Below the pieces are notes generated by a model. The model did no database searches and was not told where the DNA came from. It saw only the letters and a program-made list of their open reading frames with translations. Below, piece after piece: positions 1 to 9,751 of a stretch of 64,000 nucleotides of DNA. The position numbers and the translations under genes are program-made. Positions within the stretch are counted from its first letter, which is position 1. Every line of letters begins with the position of its first letter. The stretch is from an uncultured Pseudomonadota bacterium (GTDB taxonomy: Bacteria; Pseudomonadota; Alphaproteobacteria; JACZXZ01), in contig CAWJFP010000028.1 in assembly GCA_963842155.1 (NCBI GenBank), positions 48,899-112,898 on the forward strand, given 5' to 3'.

Positions 1-211
1 GGGCGGCGCGACCGTTCTTGTCCGCTCTTAAGAAGGGCGCGAAGAGGCCGAGCCCTTTCCCGGTCACCATCATGACATCAGCCTCGCCGGGCTTGCCGTC
101 CGGCGTGGCGAAGACCAGACGATGCCCGCGCTCGCTCAAGATGCGCCAGGGAACGCCGGTCTCGGTCGGATCGAAATCCCGGCTGGGGAGCGGCATCAGC
201 ACCGTCGCCAT
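1..211 (-). CDS. DJ-1/PfpI family (type 1 glutamine amidotransferase-like) protein, 5' part; runs off the window edge
   Basis: Manual translation from ATG at 211: MATVLMPLPSRDFDPTETGVPWRILSERGHRLVFATPDGKPG..., a typical PfpI N-terminus; GGAAGG upstream. Confidence 0.75.
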   Translation of the reverse strand, partial: MATVLMPLPSRDFDPTETGVPWRILSERGHRLVFATPDGKPGEADVMMVTGKGLGLFAPFLRADKNGRAA

Positions 212-303
212 GGGCGTTTCCTTCCACTTCGAGCGCGTCAGGACGGCAGTCTAGCGCGTCTTCGCCAGTGTCTTGAACGCGACGAACGCTCCCCCGCTCA
301 TAA

Positions 304-1626
304 TGGCGGTGGCCAAAGAGGGACTGGATCACCGAGGAGGTTACGGGATGCGGACAGGTTCACTATTGGATTGGCTTTACGGAGAAGCCACGGAAGCAAA
401 ATAAAGGAGAGCTAAGCGGAATACTTGTCTACACCCGCGGCAAGATTTCTCAAGAAGCGACGTTTTTTGAAATCAGTGGTGGCGTTACTGGTCAACACGG
501 CCTCCGGTACATGGTAGGCATGGTTAGAGCGGAATGGCTGGACGCAAGCGTTGATGCTCCCGATTACATTGCAACTCCGGAGAGATTCTCATCGCTTGGG
601 AAAGTCCGCAGGGGGCCGCGTTTAAAGAATGGGGCCAGCGCTTAGTCAGGAAGTATTTGGCGGAGTGGGCTAAAAGACGCACGTCACTTCGGGAAAAACA
701 AATCAAGGAAATTAGTCCGAAGATCACGTCTCGCATCGAGCGGCTTGCTCCGTCATATAGAGACGTCGCCTTCCAGTTCATCGACAAGTTTAAATCGGTG
801 GAGATGGAACCGGGGGAGTTCGAGGATATTCTCTCCTGGTTTCTCGACGCGCTCGAAAACGCGACGTTGCGAAGCATTCTCCAGAAGCTGCGCGAAACGA
901 AGGTCGGTGACCTACAGCAATTGGACGACCTTCTCTCCCGGATGGAGATCAGAAATTGCGGTTACGCTCCTTCAAATTATTGACGGCAACTTGGCCGCGA
1001 TTGAGACCCTCGAAAAGATGCACCAGCAAGACGCAAAGGAACGCGGCGTCCTTTCGAAGCACCTCGAAAAGAATCCCTGGCTCATCGAGCCGACATGGAT
1101 GCTCAACAAGACGGAAGGTCGGATCGCTACCTGGATCAGGGAGAAGTTCGGGCTAGAAGAAACGGGACAGGCTGACGACAATAAGCGGGTTGACTTCTTC
1201 TGCGTTGCCGTTGGAGGAACACTGCACATTGTCGAAATCAAGCGGGGGAAATATATCGCCAAAGTGAAGGACTTCACTCAAGCCGACAGGTACCGCAAGT
1301 ACGTGGAAACACGCTTTCAGGAGCTCACGGACCCTAAAGCGATTAGGTACGCTTATGTCCAGAGTCATCTCATTTCCGCGCGGTTGCATGGAGACGCACA
1401 AAGCACGAAGGAAGCATTCGCCAGGCAAGGCTGGGTCTTTTTCACAACATGGGACGACCTGATTGAACGGTCAAAGCAGAGCCATTACCAATACAGGCAG
1501 ATTCTTCAAGCAACCGCCGAAGAGCAGAACGGAGCGAGCTTTGCAGAAAAAAAGCCGCGCGGGATTGACGTTCCGCCGGAGACGGGGGCAGGAAAGACGC
1601 GCCGTACCAAGGCCAAGCGCGGCTAA
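304..1626 (+). pseudogene. 5'-truncated GHKL/MORC-type ATPase fused to a PD-(D/E)xK nuclease (restriction component remnant)
   Basis: Frame opens after TAA at 301-303 with no start codon: ...GILVYTRGKISQEATFFEISGGVTGQHGLRYMVGMVRAEWLD...; continues through +1 shifts near 578-590 and 950 to ...NPWLI...RVDF...IVEIKR nuclease motif; lies upstream of the MTase and Vsr. Confidence 0.65.
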
Positions 1627-1640
1627 TAAAGACGAAAGCG

Positions 1641-2726
1641 ATGAAAGCAGAAAAGCCGATAGCAATCGACCTCTTCGCCGGATGCGGCGGCCTCACTAGA
1701 GGACTCCGTGATGCCGGATTTTGCGTCGCAGCGGCGGTGGAGATTGATCCCATCGCGGCACGCACCTACATGTGGCACAACCGCCGCACGCGTTTGTTCG
1801 AGAAGGACATACTCGAGGTGTCGGCGGACGAGCTTCTGAGTGCCACCGGGGGGAAGCGCGTTTCTCTCCTAGCTGGTTGCGCGCCGTGCCAAGGGTTCTG
1901 TTCCTTGACGTCGAAGTACAAACGGGAGGATCCGCGCAACGAGCTTCTGCTTGTCATGGCCGAGTTCATCAAGCAAATGCAGCCCGAAGCCGTCATGATG
2001 GAGAACGTTCCCGGTCTTCGGGATCGTGGGAAGCCAATTTTTGACAAGTTTCTGAATGTCCTTCGCGACCTCGGATACGAGTTTGATTGGAGGATTGAGC
2101 AAATGGCAAACTTTGGGGTGCCACAGTCGCGTCGGCGATTGGTGCTCCTTGCCGGGCGTGGCTTTAAGCTGACGTTCCCCTCGCCCACGCACGCCCGGTA
2201 TCCAAAACCGAAGTCCGGGTTGGAACCATGGAAGACGGTTCGAATGGCTATCGGCCACATGGGGGCGCCGAAGACATTTGTCCCAGCTCGACGGAACGAT
2301 GGGCTCGACGCGCAAAATTGGCACGTGGTTCGTAACCTTCAACCGCAAACCAAGGCGCGCCTAAAGGCAGCTCGGCCGGGACAAACTTGGCTAAAGCTGA
2401 AAGAGTTCCTTCGGCCAGAATGCCATCAAGGCGATTACAACGGATTTACGAACGTTTACGGCAGGATGGCATGGGACCAAGCCGCTCCGACGATCACAGG
2501 CGGCTGTACCACACCGTGCAAGGGCAGGTTCGGGCACCCGGATTTGCGGCGATATACTATATCTGTCCGGGAAGCCGCACTCCTTCAAACCTTCCCCGAG
2601 AATTTTCGATTCATGACCAACCAGATGGACGCCGTGTGCAACATCATTGGGAATGCAGTCCCTCCGCTATACGCGAAGCTTGTAGGGCAAACGGTCTTAG
2701 CAACACTGGCCTCCCGCGCGTCCTGA
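1641..2726 (+). CDS. dcm: DNA (cytosine-5) methyltransferase
   Basis: Motifs [44 protein letters not shown]. Confidence 0.95.
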   Translation: MKAEKPIAIDLFAGCGGLTRGLRDAGFCVAAAVEIDPIAARTYMWHNRRTRLFEKDILEVSADELLSATGGKRVSLLAGCAPCQGFCSLTSKYKREDPRNELLLVMAEFIKQMQPEAVMMENVPGLRDRGKPIFDKFLNVLRDLGYEFDWRIEQMANFGVPQSRRRLVLLAGRGFKLTFPSPTHARYPKPKSGLEPWKTVRMAIGHMGAPKTFVPARRNDGLDAQNWHVVRNLQPQTKARLKAARPGQTWLKLKEFLRPECHQGDYNGFTNVYGRMAWDQAAPTITGGCTTPCKGRFGHPDLRRYTISVREAALLQTFPENFRFMTNQMDAVCNIIGNAVPPLYAKLVGQTVLATLASRAS

Positions 2727-2737
2727 CAGGGTAACGC

Positions 2738-3205
2738 ATGAGTCGATGGCCTGGAGACGCAGAGAGGGAAAGGACCACCTTCGGCGGTCTCTCCCGTGGC
2801 CGGCTGATGGCCAGAGTTCGCAGCAAGAAAAACAAAACAACCGAGCAACGGCTTGTTTCTCTGCTGCGATGGGCGCGCATAACTGGTTGGCGACGGCACC
2901 GGCCTTTGCCAGGGCGACCGGACTTCGTTTGGCCGGTGATGAAGGTCGCGGTTTTCGTTGATGGATGCTTTTGGCACGGCCACGATTGCGGCAAGAACGT
3001 GACCCCAAAAACTAACGCCGAAGCGTGGCGCGACAAGATTAGTCGAAATAAAGCCAGGGATAGCCGCGTAAGCAAACTCTTGCGGCAACGCGGGTGGGGT
3101 GTCGTGCGCGTCTGGGAGTGCCAGCTGTCGAAACATCCAAATCGCTGTGTGTCCAAGATTCGAAGGGCGATGCGATCATCGGAAAGCATGCTTCGGCGGG
3201 GGTAG
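2738..3205 (+). CDS. vsr: Very short patch repair endonuclease Vsr
   Basis: MARVRSK..E, LPGRPD, VFVDGCFWHGH, W..KI.RN..RD, VWEC motifs; follows the C5 MTase. Confidence 0.93.
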   Translation: MSRWPGDAERERTTFGGLSRGRLMARVRSKKNKTTEQRLVSLLRWARITGWRRHRPLPGRPDFVWPVMKVAVFVDGCFWHGHDCGKNVTPKTNAEAWRDKISRNKARDSRVSKLLRQRGWGVVRVWECQLSKHPNRCVSKIRRAMRSSESMLRRG

Positions 3206-3231
3206 CAGAACCTCCTGTTTTCGTGGAGCCC

Positions 3232-3892
3232 TCACCCCTTCCCCATCCGATAGACCACAGCCTCGCGGGCATCGCGGTCCTCGAGCTCGCGGGTCGTCGG
3301 CACCATGTAGCGCGCGAGCTCGACGAGGCCCGATTTCGGCAGATAGGCGCGGCCGGGATCGGCGAGCAGCACCTCGACCCCGCTGGCGGCGAGGCGCGCG
3401 AGCCAGGCCGCGGCGCGCTCCGCCATCGGCCGCTCGTAGCAAACGTCGCCGGCGAGAACGAGGTCCCAGCCGCGGTCGCCGCCTTCCGTCACGTCCTCGG
3501 CAAGAAGATCGAGCGTCACGTCGTTCGCTTGCGCGTTGAGGGCGAGGGCCGCCAGCGCCAGCGGATCGAGCTCGCTTGCCGCGACGGAGGCGGCACCCGC
3601 CTTGGCGGCGGCGATGCCGGCGACGCCAGAGCCCGCGGCGAAGTCGAGGAGCCGCCGGCCGCGCGCGAGCGAGGGATGATCGAGCAGATGGCGCGCCAGC
3701 GCCTGGCCTCCCACCCACGCGAAGGCCCAATAAGGCGGCGGCAGGCCGCTCTGCTCAAGCGATGCCTCGGTCGCGAGCCAGAGCGGCGTCAGCTCGGTCG
3801 CGAGATGGAGCCTGAGCTCGGGCAGCAAGGGCGGGGAGACGAGCGCCGTGTTGGCGCGGATGAAGGCGGCAGCGATCGCCGCCCTCGCTCAC
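3232..3892 (-). CDS. Class I SAM-dependent (protein lysine-type) methyltransferase
   Basis: PPPYWAFAWVGGQALAR, LDFAAGSG, LAGDVCYE, ADPGR; likely GTG start overlaps the ubiA stop, with one apparent +1 insertion near 3883. Confidence 0.85.
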
Positions 3893-4839
3893 GATGTCCC
3901 GATCGCGCGCGCCGCGGCGATGCCGGCGAGGATGAGCCAGGCGAAGAGGCGGTTCGACTTGAACTTGGCGAGGCAATCGTCGGGGTCGCCGAGATCGAGC
4001 GTGCTCACCTGCCAGAAGAGCTGCACCGCGCCTAGCGCCAGGCCGAGCTGATAAGGCCAGGCGAGATCGAGCGCGCGCCCGACGGCGGCGAGCAGCAGCA
4101 GCGAAGCGGCGTAGAAGCCGTAGAGCCAAGGCTTGGAGCGCTGGCCGAATTTGAGCGCGGTCGATTTCACGCCGATGAGCGCGTCGTCCTCCTTGTCCTG
4201 ATGGGCGTAGATCGTGTCGTAGCCCAGGGTCCAGGCGATGCCGGCGAGATAGAGCAGCAGGGGTGCCGGCGCGAGGGCGCCCTTGACGGCGGCCCAGCCG
4301 AGCAGCGCGCCCCAGTTGAAAGCGAGGCCGAGCCCGATCTGCGGCCAATAGGTCACGCGCTTGAGCAGCGGATAGACCAGCACGACGAGCAGCGAGGCGG
4401 CGCCGAGCGCGATCGCGAAGCGGTTGAAGCAAGCGAGGATGGCGAGCCCGGCGAGGCATTGCAGCGCCAGGAAGATGAAGGCCTGGCGCAGGCTGACCTG
4501 CCCGCTCGGCAAAGGCCGCGTGCGCGTGCGCGCCACCTTGGCGTCGAACTCGCGGTCGGTGATGTCGTTCCAGGTGCAGCCGGCGCCGCGCATGATGAGC
4601 GCGCCGAGCGCGAAGGCCGGGAAGAAAGCGAGATCGCGCCAGCTCTCATAAGCGAGCGCCAGGCTCCACCAGCAGGGGAAGAGCAGCAGCCATGTGCCGA
4701 TCGGCCGGTCGAGCCGCATGAGCCGCGCATAGGGGCGCGCGGCGCGCGGCAGATAATGATCGACCCAGTCGCCGCCGAAAATGTCGGTGCCGTCGTCCGC
4801 TAGCGCTTTGGGGCCCAGGGTTTTGGGATGGGAGGCCAT
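3889..4839 (-). CDS. ubiA: 4-hydroxybenzoate polyprenyltransferase
   Basis: RLDRPIGTWLL, NDITDREFDAKVARTRTRPLPSG, YDTIYAHQDKEDD. Confidence 0.95.
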   Translation of the reverse strand: MASHPKTLGPKALADDGTDIFGGDWVDHYLPRAARPYARLMRLDRPIGTWLLLFPCWWSLALAYESWRDLAFFPAFALGALIMRGAGCTWNDITDREFDAKVARTRTRPLPSGQVSLRQAFIFLALQCLAGLAILACFNRFAIALGAASLLVVLVYPLLKRVTYWPQIGLGLAFNWGALLGWAAVKGALAPAPLLLYLAGIAWTLGYDTIYAHQDKEDDALIGVKSTALKFGQRSKPWLYGFYAASLLLLAAVGRALDLAWPYQLGLALGAVQLFWQVSTLDLGDPDDCLAKFKSNRLFAWLILAGIAAARAIGTS

Positions 4840-4907
4840 GGGTTATCTTGCACCGCGGATGCGTCGTTTCTCAAGCATGGACACCGCTGTTAATGCAAAC
4901 CATCGAT

Positions 4908-5014
4908 CGTCATGCCCGGCCCTGTGCCGGGCATCCATGTCTTTCCTTCGCCGGCAATCAAGTCGTGGATGGCCGGCCGATTCCATTTTATGGAATTTGG
5001 GGCCGGCCATGACG
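4908..5014. repeat. Palindromic intergenic repeat (RIME/REP-like, alphaproteobacterial GTCATGCCCGG...GGCCATGAC type)
   Basis: Terminal inverted repeats CGTCATGCCCGGC / GCCGGCCATGACG with internal hairpins and a CATCCA/TGGATG pair. Confidence 0.75.
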
Positions 5015-5067
5015 GGCTCGGCTTTCGAAAGGGCCTCGAGGCCCGCTCTCGACGATCGCAGCAGCTT

Positions 5068-5826
5068 ATGAACGATAGGCACGAAAAAGCGGCGCGGATC
5101 AGGCTCCATGTCGAGGCGGCTTTGGCGGCGGGCGCGGAGGTGGCGCTCGCGCCGCCGCAGGCGCATTATCTCGGCCGCGTGATGCGGCTCGGGCCGGGTG
5201 CGTTGTTGCTGCTCTTCAACGGCCGCGACGGCGAATGGCAGGCGCGGCTCGAGTCGATCGGCAAGAGCAAGGCCGCGGCTCGGGTCGAGCGCAAGGTTCG
5301 CGCGCAAGAGCCCGAGCCCGATCTCTGGCTCGTCTTCGCGCCGATTAAGCGCACGCCCATCGATTATCTGGCGCAGAAGGCGACCGAGCTGGGCGTCTCG
5401 GCGCTCTGGCCCATCTTCACGCGCCATAGCGTGGTCGCGCGCGTGAACGAGGCGCGGCTGCGCGCCAATTTGATCGAGGCGGCGGAGCAATGCGGGCGCC
5501 TTTCCGTGCCCGCTCTCATCGGGCCGGCGCGGCTCGCCGACGCGCTCGCGCGATGGCCCGCCGAGCGGCGCCTGCTGCTCTGCGACGAGACCGGGCGAGG
5601 CGAGCCCATCGCGGCCGTGCTTGCGCGGCTCGGCTCCTCGCCCGGTGCCGCGGCCTTCATGATCGGGCCCGAAGGCGGCTTCGCCCCGGCCGAGCTTGAC
5701 GCTTTGCGAAAGCTACCCAATTGTACAGCGGTCGGCTTGGGGCCTCGCCTGCTGCGGGCCGATACCGCCGCGCTCTCCGCCTTGGCCTGCTGGCAAGCCC
5801 TTGCCGGCGATTGGCGCGCCCGATAA
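5068..5826 (+). CDS. rsmE: 16S rRNA m3U1498 methyltransferase
   Basis: HYLGRVMRL, QKATELGV, EAAEQCGR, IGPEGGF, LGPRLLRADTA. Confidence 0.95.
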   Translation: MNDRHEKAARIRLHVEAALAAGAEVALAPPQAHYLGRVMRLGPGALLLLFNGRDGEWQARLESIGKSKAAARVERKVRAQEPEPDLWLVFAPIKRTPIDYLAQKATELGVSALWPIFTRHSVVARVNEARLRANLIEAAEQCGRLSVPALIGPARLADALARWPAERRLLLCDETGRGEPIAAVLARLGSSPGAAAFMIGPEGGFAPAELDALRKLPNCTAVGLGPRLLRADTAALSALACWQALAGDWRAR

Positions 5827-5877
5827 GCAACGCGTCCTGCTGAGCCGCCCGTCCCTCGTTTCACAGAAAAGGCATCC

Positions 5878-7245
5878 ATGTCCGGTCCGCCCAAAGCCAG
5901 CGGTGAGCTTATCGAGAGCAAGAGCCAGCTGGTCGAGTATTTCGCGGCCGGCTGCAAGCCCAAGAGCGAATGGCGCATCGGCACCGAGCACGAGAAGTTC
6001 GTCTTCCACCGCGATACGCTGGCGTCGCTCTCCTACGACGAGCCGGGCGGCATCCGCGCCATCCTCGAAGGCTTGCGCGACCGTTTCGGCTGGAAGCCCA
6101 TCCTCGAGGCGGGCAACATCATCGGCCTCGAGAAGGCCGGCTGCGGCATCTCGCTCGAGCCGGGCGGGCAGCTCGAGCTCGCCGGCGCCGCGGTCAGGAG
6201 CCTGCACGAGACCTGCGCCGAGGTGCATCAGCATCTCCACGAATGCAAGCTGCTGGGCGACGAGCTCGGCTTCGGCCTGCTCGGCATCGGCTTCCACCCC
6301 AAGGCGCGGCGCGAGGACATTCCCTGGATGCCCAAGGCGCGCTACCGCATCATGCGCGACTACATGCCGAAGCGCGGGCGGCTCGGCCTCGACATGATGC
6401 TGCGCACCTGCACCGTGCAGGTCAATCTCGACTTCGCGTCGGAGGCCGACATGGTCGAGAAATACCGCGTGAGCCTCGCCCTCCAGCCCCTCGCCACCGC
6501 GCTCTTCGCCAACTCGCCCTTCACCGAAGGCAAGCCCAACGGCTTCCGCTCCTACCGCAGCCAGGTCTGGACCGATACCGACCCCGACCGCAGCGGCGTG
6601 CCGCCCTTCGTCTTCGAGCCCGGCATGGGCTTCGAGCGCTATGCCGACTACCTGCTCGACATGCCGATGTATTTCGTCTACCGCGACGGCCGCTATATCG
6701 ACGCGAGCGGCCAATCCTTCCGCGACTTCATGGCGGGGAGGCTGCCGGCCTTGCCGGGCGAGCGCCCCACCACGGGCGACTGGGCCGACCATATGACGAC
6801 CGCTTTCCCCGAAGTGCGGCTCAAGCGCTTCCTCGAGATGCGCGGCGCGGACGGCGGGCCCTGGCGCAGCCTCTGCGCGCTGCCGGCCTTCTGGGTCGGG
6901 CTGCTCTATGACGAGGACACGCTGGGCGAAGCGGCGCGGCTCGTCGCCGGCTGGACGCAAGAGGACCATGCCTACCTGCGCCGCGAGGTGCCGCGGGGCG
7001 CGCTCAAGACGCCCTTCAAGGGTCGCGATCTCCGCGCGCTCGCGCTCGAGGTGCTCGCCCTCGCCGAGGCGGGCCTGAAGCGCCGCGCGCTCAAGGACAC
7101 GTTCAATTCCGACAAGAGCCCCTTCCTCGACGTGCTGTGGGAGATCGCGCGCTCGGGCCGCACGCCCGCCGATGGGCTGCTCGAGGCCTATGAGCGGCGT
7201 TGGAGCGGATCGGTCGACCCGATCTTCCGCGAATATGCCTATTGA
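5878..7245 (+). CDS. gshA: Glutamate--cysteine ligase (alphaproteobacterial/plant type)
   Basis: [43 protein letters not shown]. Confidence 0.95.
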   Translation: MSGPPKASGELIESKSQLVEYFAAGCKPKSEWRIGTEHEKFVFHRDTLASLSYDEPGGIRAILEGLRDRFGWKPILEAGNIIGLEKAGCGISLEPGGQLELAGAAVRSLHETCAEVHQHLHECKLLGDELGFGLLGIGFHPKARREDIPWMPKARYRIMRDYMPKRGRLGLDMMLRTCTVQVNLDFASEADMVEKYRVSLALQPLATALFANSPFTEGKPNGFRSYRSQVWTDTDPDRSGVPPFVFEPGMGFERYADYLLDMPMYFVYRDGRYIDASGQSFRDFMAGRLPALPGERPTTGDWADHMTTAFPEVRLKRFLEMRGADGGPWRSLCALPAFWVGLLYDEDTLGEAARLVAGWTQEDHAYLRREVPRGALKTPFKGRDLRALALEVLALAEAGLKRRALKDTFNSDKSPFLDVLWEIARSGRTPADGLLEAYERRWSGSVDPIFREYAY

Positions 7246-7296
7246 GGGGAAGGCCCCCGGATCGGGTTGATCCGCCACATGCGGGAGGAGCGAGCG

Positions 7297-7860
7297 ATGA
7301 GCGAGGGGAAGACAGCGATCCAGGTCCTTGGCATTTGCGGCAGCCTGCGCAAGGGCTCCTTCAACCGCATGCTGCTCAACACCGCGATCGAGCTCAAGCC
7401 GCCGAGCGTGCTCATCGAGACCTTCGATATCGCGCCCATCCCGCCCTACAACGAGGATATCCGCCAGGCCGGCTTCCCGCCGGCGGTGCAGCAGTTCCGC
7501 GACCGGATCAAGGCGGCGGACGCGCTCCTCTTCGTGACGCCGGAATATAACTACTCGGTCCCGGGCGTGCTCAAGAACGCGATCGACTGGGCCTCGCGCC
7601 CGCCCGACCAGCCCTTCAACGGCAAACCGGTCGCGATGGCCGGCGCCTCGGGCGGCAATTCCGGCACCATGCGCGCGCAGTATCACCTGCGGCAGAGCTG
7701 CGTCTTCCTCAACATGTTTCCGCTCAACAAGCCCGAGGTCTTCGTCGCCCAGGCGCAGAGCAAGTTCGACGCGAGCGGCAGATTGATCGACGAGCCGACG
7801 CGGGGCTTTGTCAAGGACCTGGTCGCCGCCCTCGAGGCCTGGGCGCGCAAGCTCGGCTGA
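7297..7860 (+). CDS. NADPH-dependent FMN reductase (ChrR/YieF-like)
   Basis: GSLRKGSFN, TPEYNYSVPGVLKNAIDWASRP, RAQYHLRQ. Confidence 0.92.
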   Translation: MSEGKTAIQVLGICGSLRKGSFNRMLLNTAIELKPPSVLIETFDIAPIPPYNEDIRQAGFPPAVQQFRDRIKAADALLFVTPEYNYSVPGVLKNAIDWASRPPDQPFNGKPVAMAGASGGNSGTMRAQYHLRQSCVFLNMFPLNKPEVFVAQAQSKFDASGRLIDEPTRGFVKDLVAALEAWARKLG

Positions 7861-7872
7861 CGGCGCGCGAGC

Positions 7873-8757
7873 TCAGCCGAAGACAAGCTCGATCCGCCGC
7901 TCGGCCAGGCGCACCTCGAGCGGCAGCTCGCCGACGAGATCGCCGTCGGCCTGCACCGGCTCGCCCGCGGGCCCGCATATCCTGACGCGGCTCGCCGGCA
8001 GGACGCGCAGGTCGGGCAGGCGATCGAGCCGGCCGAGCAGCAGCGCTGCGGCGTAACGCAGCACATGGAGCCGCCCCGCGCTCTCGAAGAGCGCCACCAG
8101 AAGGCGCGGCTCCTCCATCCGCGCTTCGCGCGCTACGACGAAACGCCCGCCGTAATAGTGACCCTTGGCGACGATCACCGACGCGGCGCGGTGGCTCCTG
8201 CCGTCGATCTCCACCTCGTAGAGCACCGGCCGGTAGCGGATCAGCTCGGCGAGCGTGGTCAGCGCATAGGCGAGCCGGCCGAGTGCGCGCTTGAGCCGGA
8301 GATCGACGCGGCGCACGACATGCGCGTCGAAGCCGACACCGGCCATCATGGCAAAGCGCCGCCCGTTGGCCTCGCCGAGATAGACCGCGCGCGGCCGGCC
8401 ATGGGCGATCGCCTCGGCGATGCGGCGCGGCGAACCTCCGAGGCCGATCTCGGCCGCGAGCACGTTCGCCGTGCCGAGCGGCAGCAAGGCGAGCGGCGGC
8501 GAGCGCCCGTCGAGCCCGTTGATCACCTCGTTGATCGTGCCGTCGCCGCCCGCGACGACGACGACGTCGAAGTTCCGCGCATCGACCGCGCGGGCGATCT
8601 CCTCCGCATGGCCGCGCGCCCTCGTCGCCCGCAGTTCGACCACGCAGCCGAGCCGCGCTAGCCAGCCGAGCGTGCGGTCGAGCCGCCGCCGCCGACGCCA
8701 GCCCGCCGCCGGGTTGTAGATCGCCAGTACCCGCCGCGACGGGCGGGCGTCCGGCAT
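7873..8757 (-). CDS. Diacylglycerol/lipid kinase family protein (YegS/DgkB-like)
   Basis: NPAAG, AGGDGTINEV, PLGTANVLA, QADGD. Confidence 0.9.
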   Translation of the reverse strand: MPDARPSRRVLAIYNPAAGWRRRRRLDRTLGWLARLGCVVELRATRARGHAEEIARAVDARNFDVVVVAGGDGTINEVINGLDGRSPPLALLPLGTANVLAAEIGLGGSPRRIAEAIAHGRPRAVYLGEANGRRFAMMAGVGFDAHVVRRVDLRLKRALGRLAYALTTLAELIRYRPVLYEVEIDGRSHRAASVIVAKGHYYGGRFVVAREARMEEPRLLVALFESAGRLHVLRYAAALLLGRLDRLPDLRVLPASRVRICGPAGEPVQADGDLVGELPLEVRLAERRIELVFG

Positions 8758-8838
8758 CGTCTCATATTTCAGGAGAGCCTCCCTGGACGCTTCCGCAAGT
8801 CGCGGCTTATTGGATGTTCCGCGCGATTTGTCAAGCTT

Positions 8839-8867
8839 ATTACCATTTTGTGAAAGTAAAATTACAA
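8839..8867 (-). promoter_or_regulatory. Candidate Pho-box-like direct repeats
   Basis: Minus strand TTGTAAT-TTTA-CTTTCAC-AAAA-TGGTAAT with 11-bp period, resembling CTGTCAT-N4 repeats, in an AT-rich divergent intergenic region. Confidence 0.45.
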
Positions 8868-8979
8868 TAAATAACCGCACCTATTGTTTATTTTATCTTG
8901 AACACCTCTAGGGCTTGGGGTAGTTTTCGCCTCGAATACAGCGTAATGTTGCCGCATTGCAAGAGAGACGAAAAGCCTC

Positions 8980-9751
8980 GTGAGCCGCTACCGGACGATC
9001 TGGATCTCGGACATCCATCTCGGCACGCGCGGCTGCAAGGCCGAGTTTCTGCTCGATTTCCTGAAGCATAACGAGTCGGACTATCTCTATCTCGTCGGCG
9101 ACATCTTCGACGGCTGGCGGCTCAAACGCTCCTGGTATTGGGAGCAATCGCACAACGACGTGATCCAGAAGTTGCTGCGCAAGGCGCGCAAGGGCACCAA
9201 GGTCGTCTATATCCCCGGCAATCACGACGAGGTCTTGCGCGACTACACCGGTCTCACGTTCGGCGGGATCGCGGTCGTCGCCGAGCATGTGCATGAGACG
9301 GCCGACGGGCGGAAGCTTCTCATCCTCCATGGCGACGAATTCGACGGCGTCGTCAAATATGCCCGCTGGCTCGCCCTGCTCGGCGACTGGGCCTATGGCG
9401 TGACGCTGCAGCTCAACCACAGCCTCGCCCATCTGCGCCGCCGGCTGGGATATCCCTATTGGTCGCTCTCGGCCTATCTCAAAAGCAAGGTCAAGAACGC
9501 CGTCGAATATGTCTCGAACTTCGAGGAGGCGGTGGCCGACGAAGCGCGCAAGCGGGGCGTCGACGGCGTCATCTGCGGCCATATCCACAAGGCCGAGATG
9601 CGCATGATCGAGCGGCGTGCTCTATTGCAACGACGGCGACTGGGTGGAGAGCTGTTCGGCGCTCGTCGAGGGGCCCGAGGGCAAGCTCGAGATCATCTTC
9701 TGGGCGGAGACCAAGGCGACCCGCCAAGCGGTAGAGCGCGCGGCCGCTTGA
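8980..9751 (+). CDS. LpxH-family metallophosphoesterase, PlcP-like phospholipase C
   Basis: SDIHLG, GDIFDGW, GNHD, HGD, GHIH; one +1 insertion near 9612, after which the frame reads LYCNDGDWVESCSALVE to TGA at 9749-9751. Confidence 0.85.

Noticed and set aside
290-3235. att sites or target-site duplication around the R-M block
   Set aside because: No convincing direct repeat at the edges and no integrase or transposase in the window
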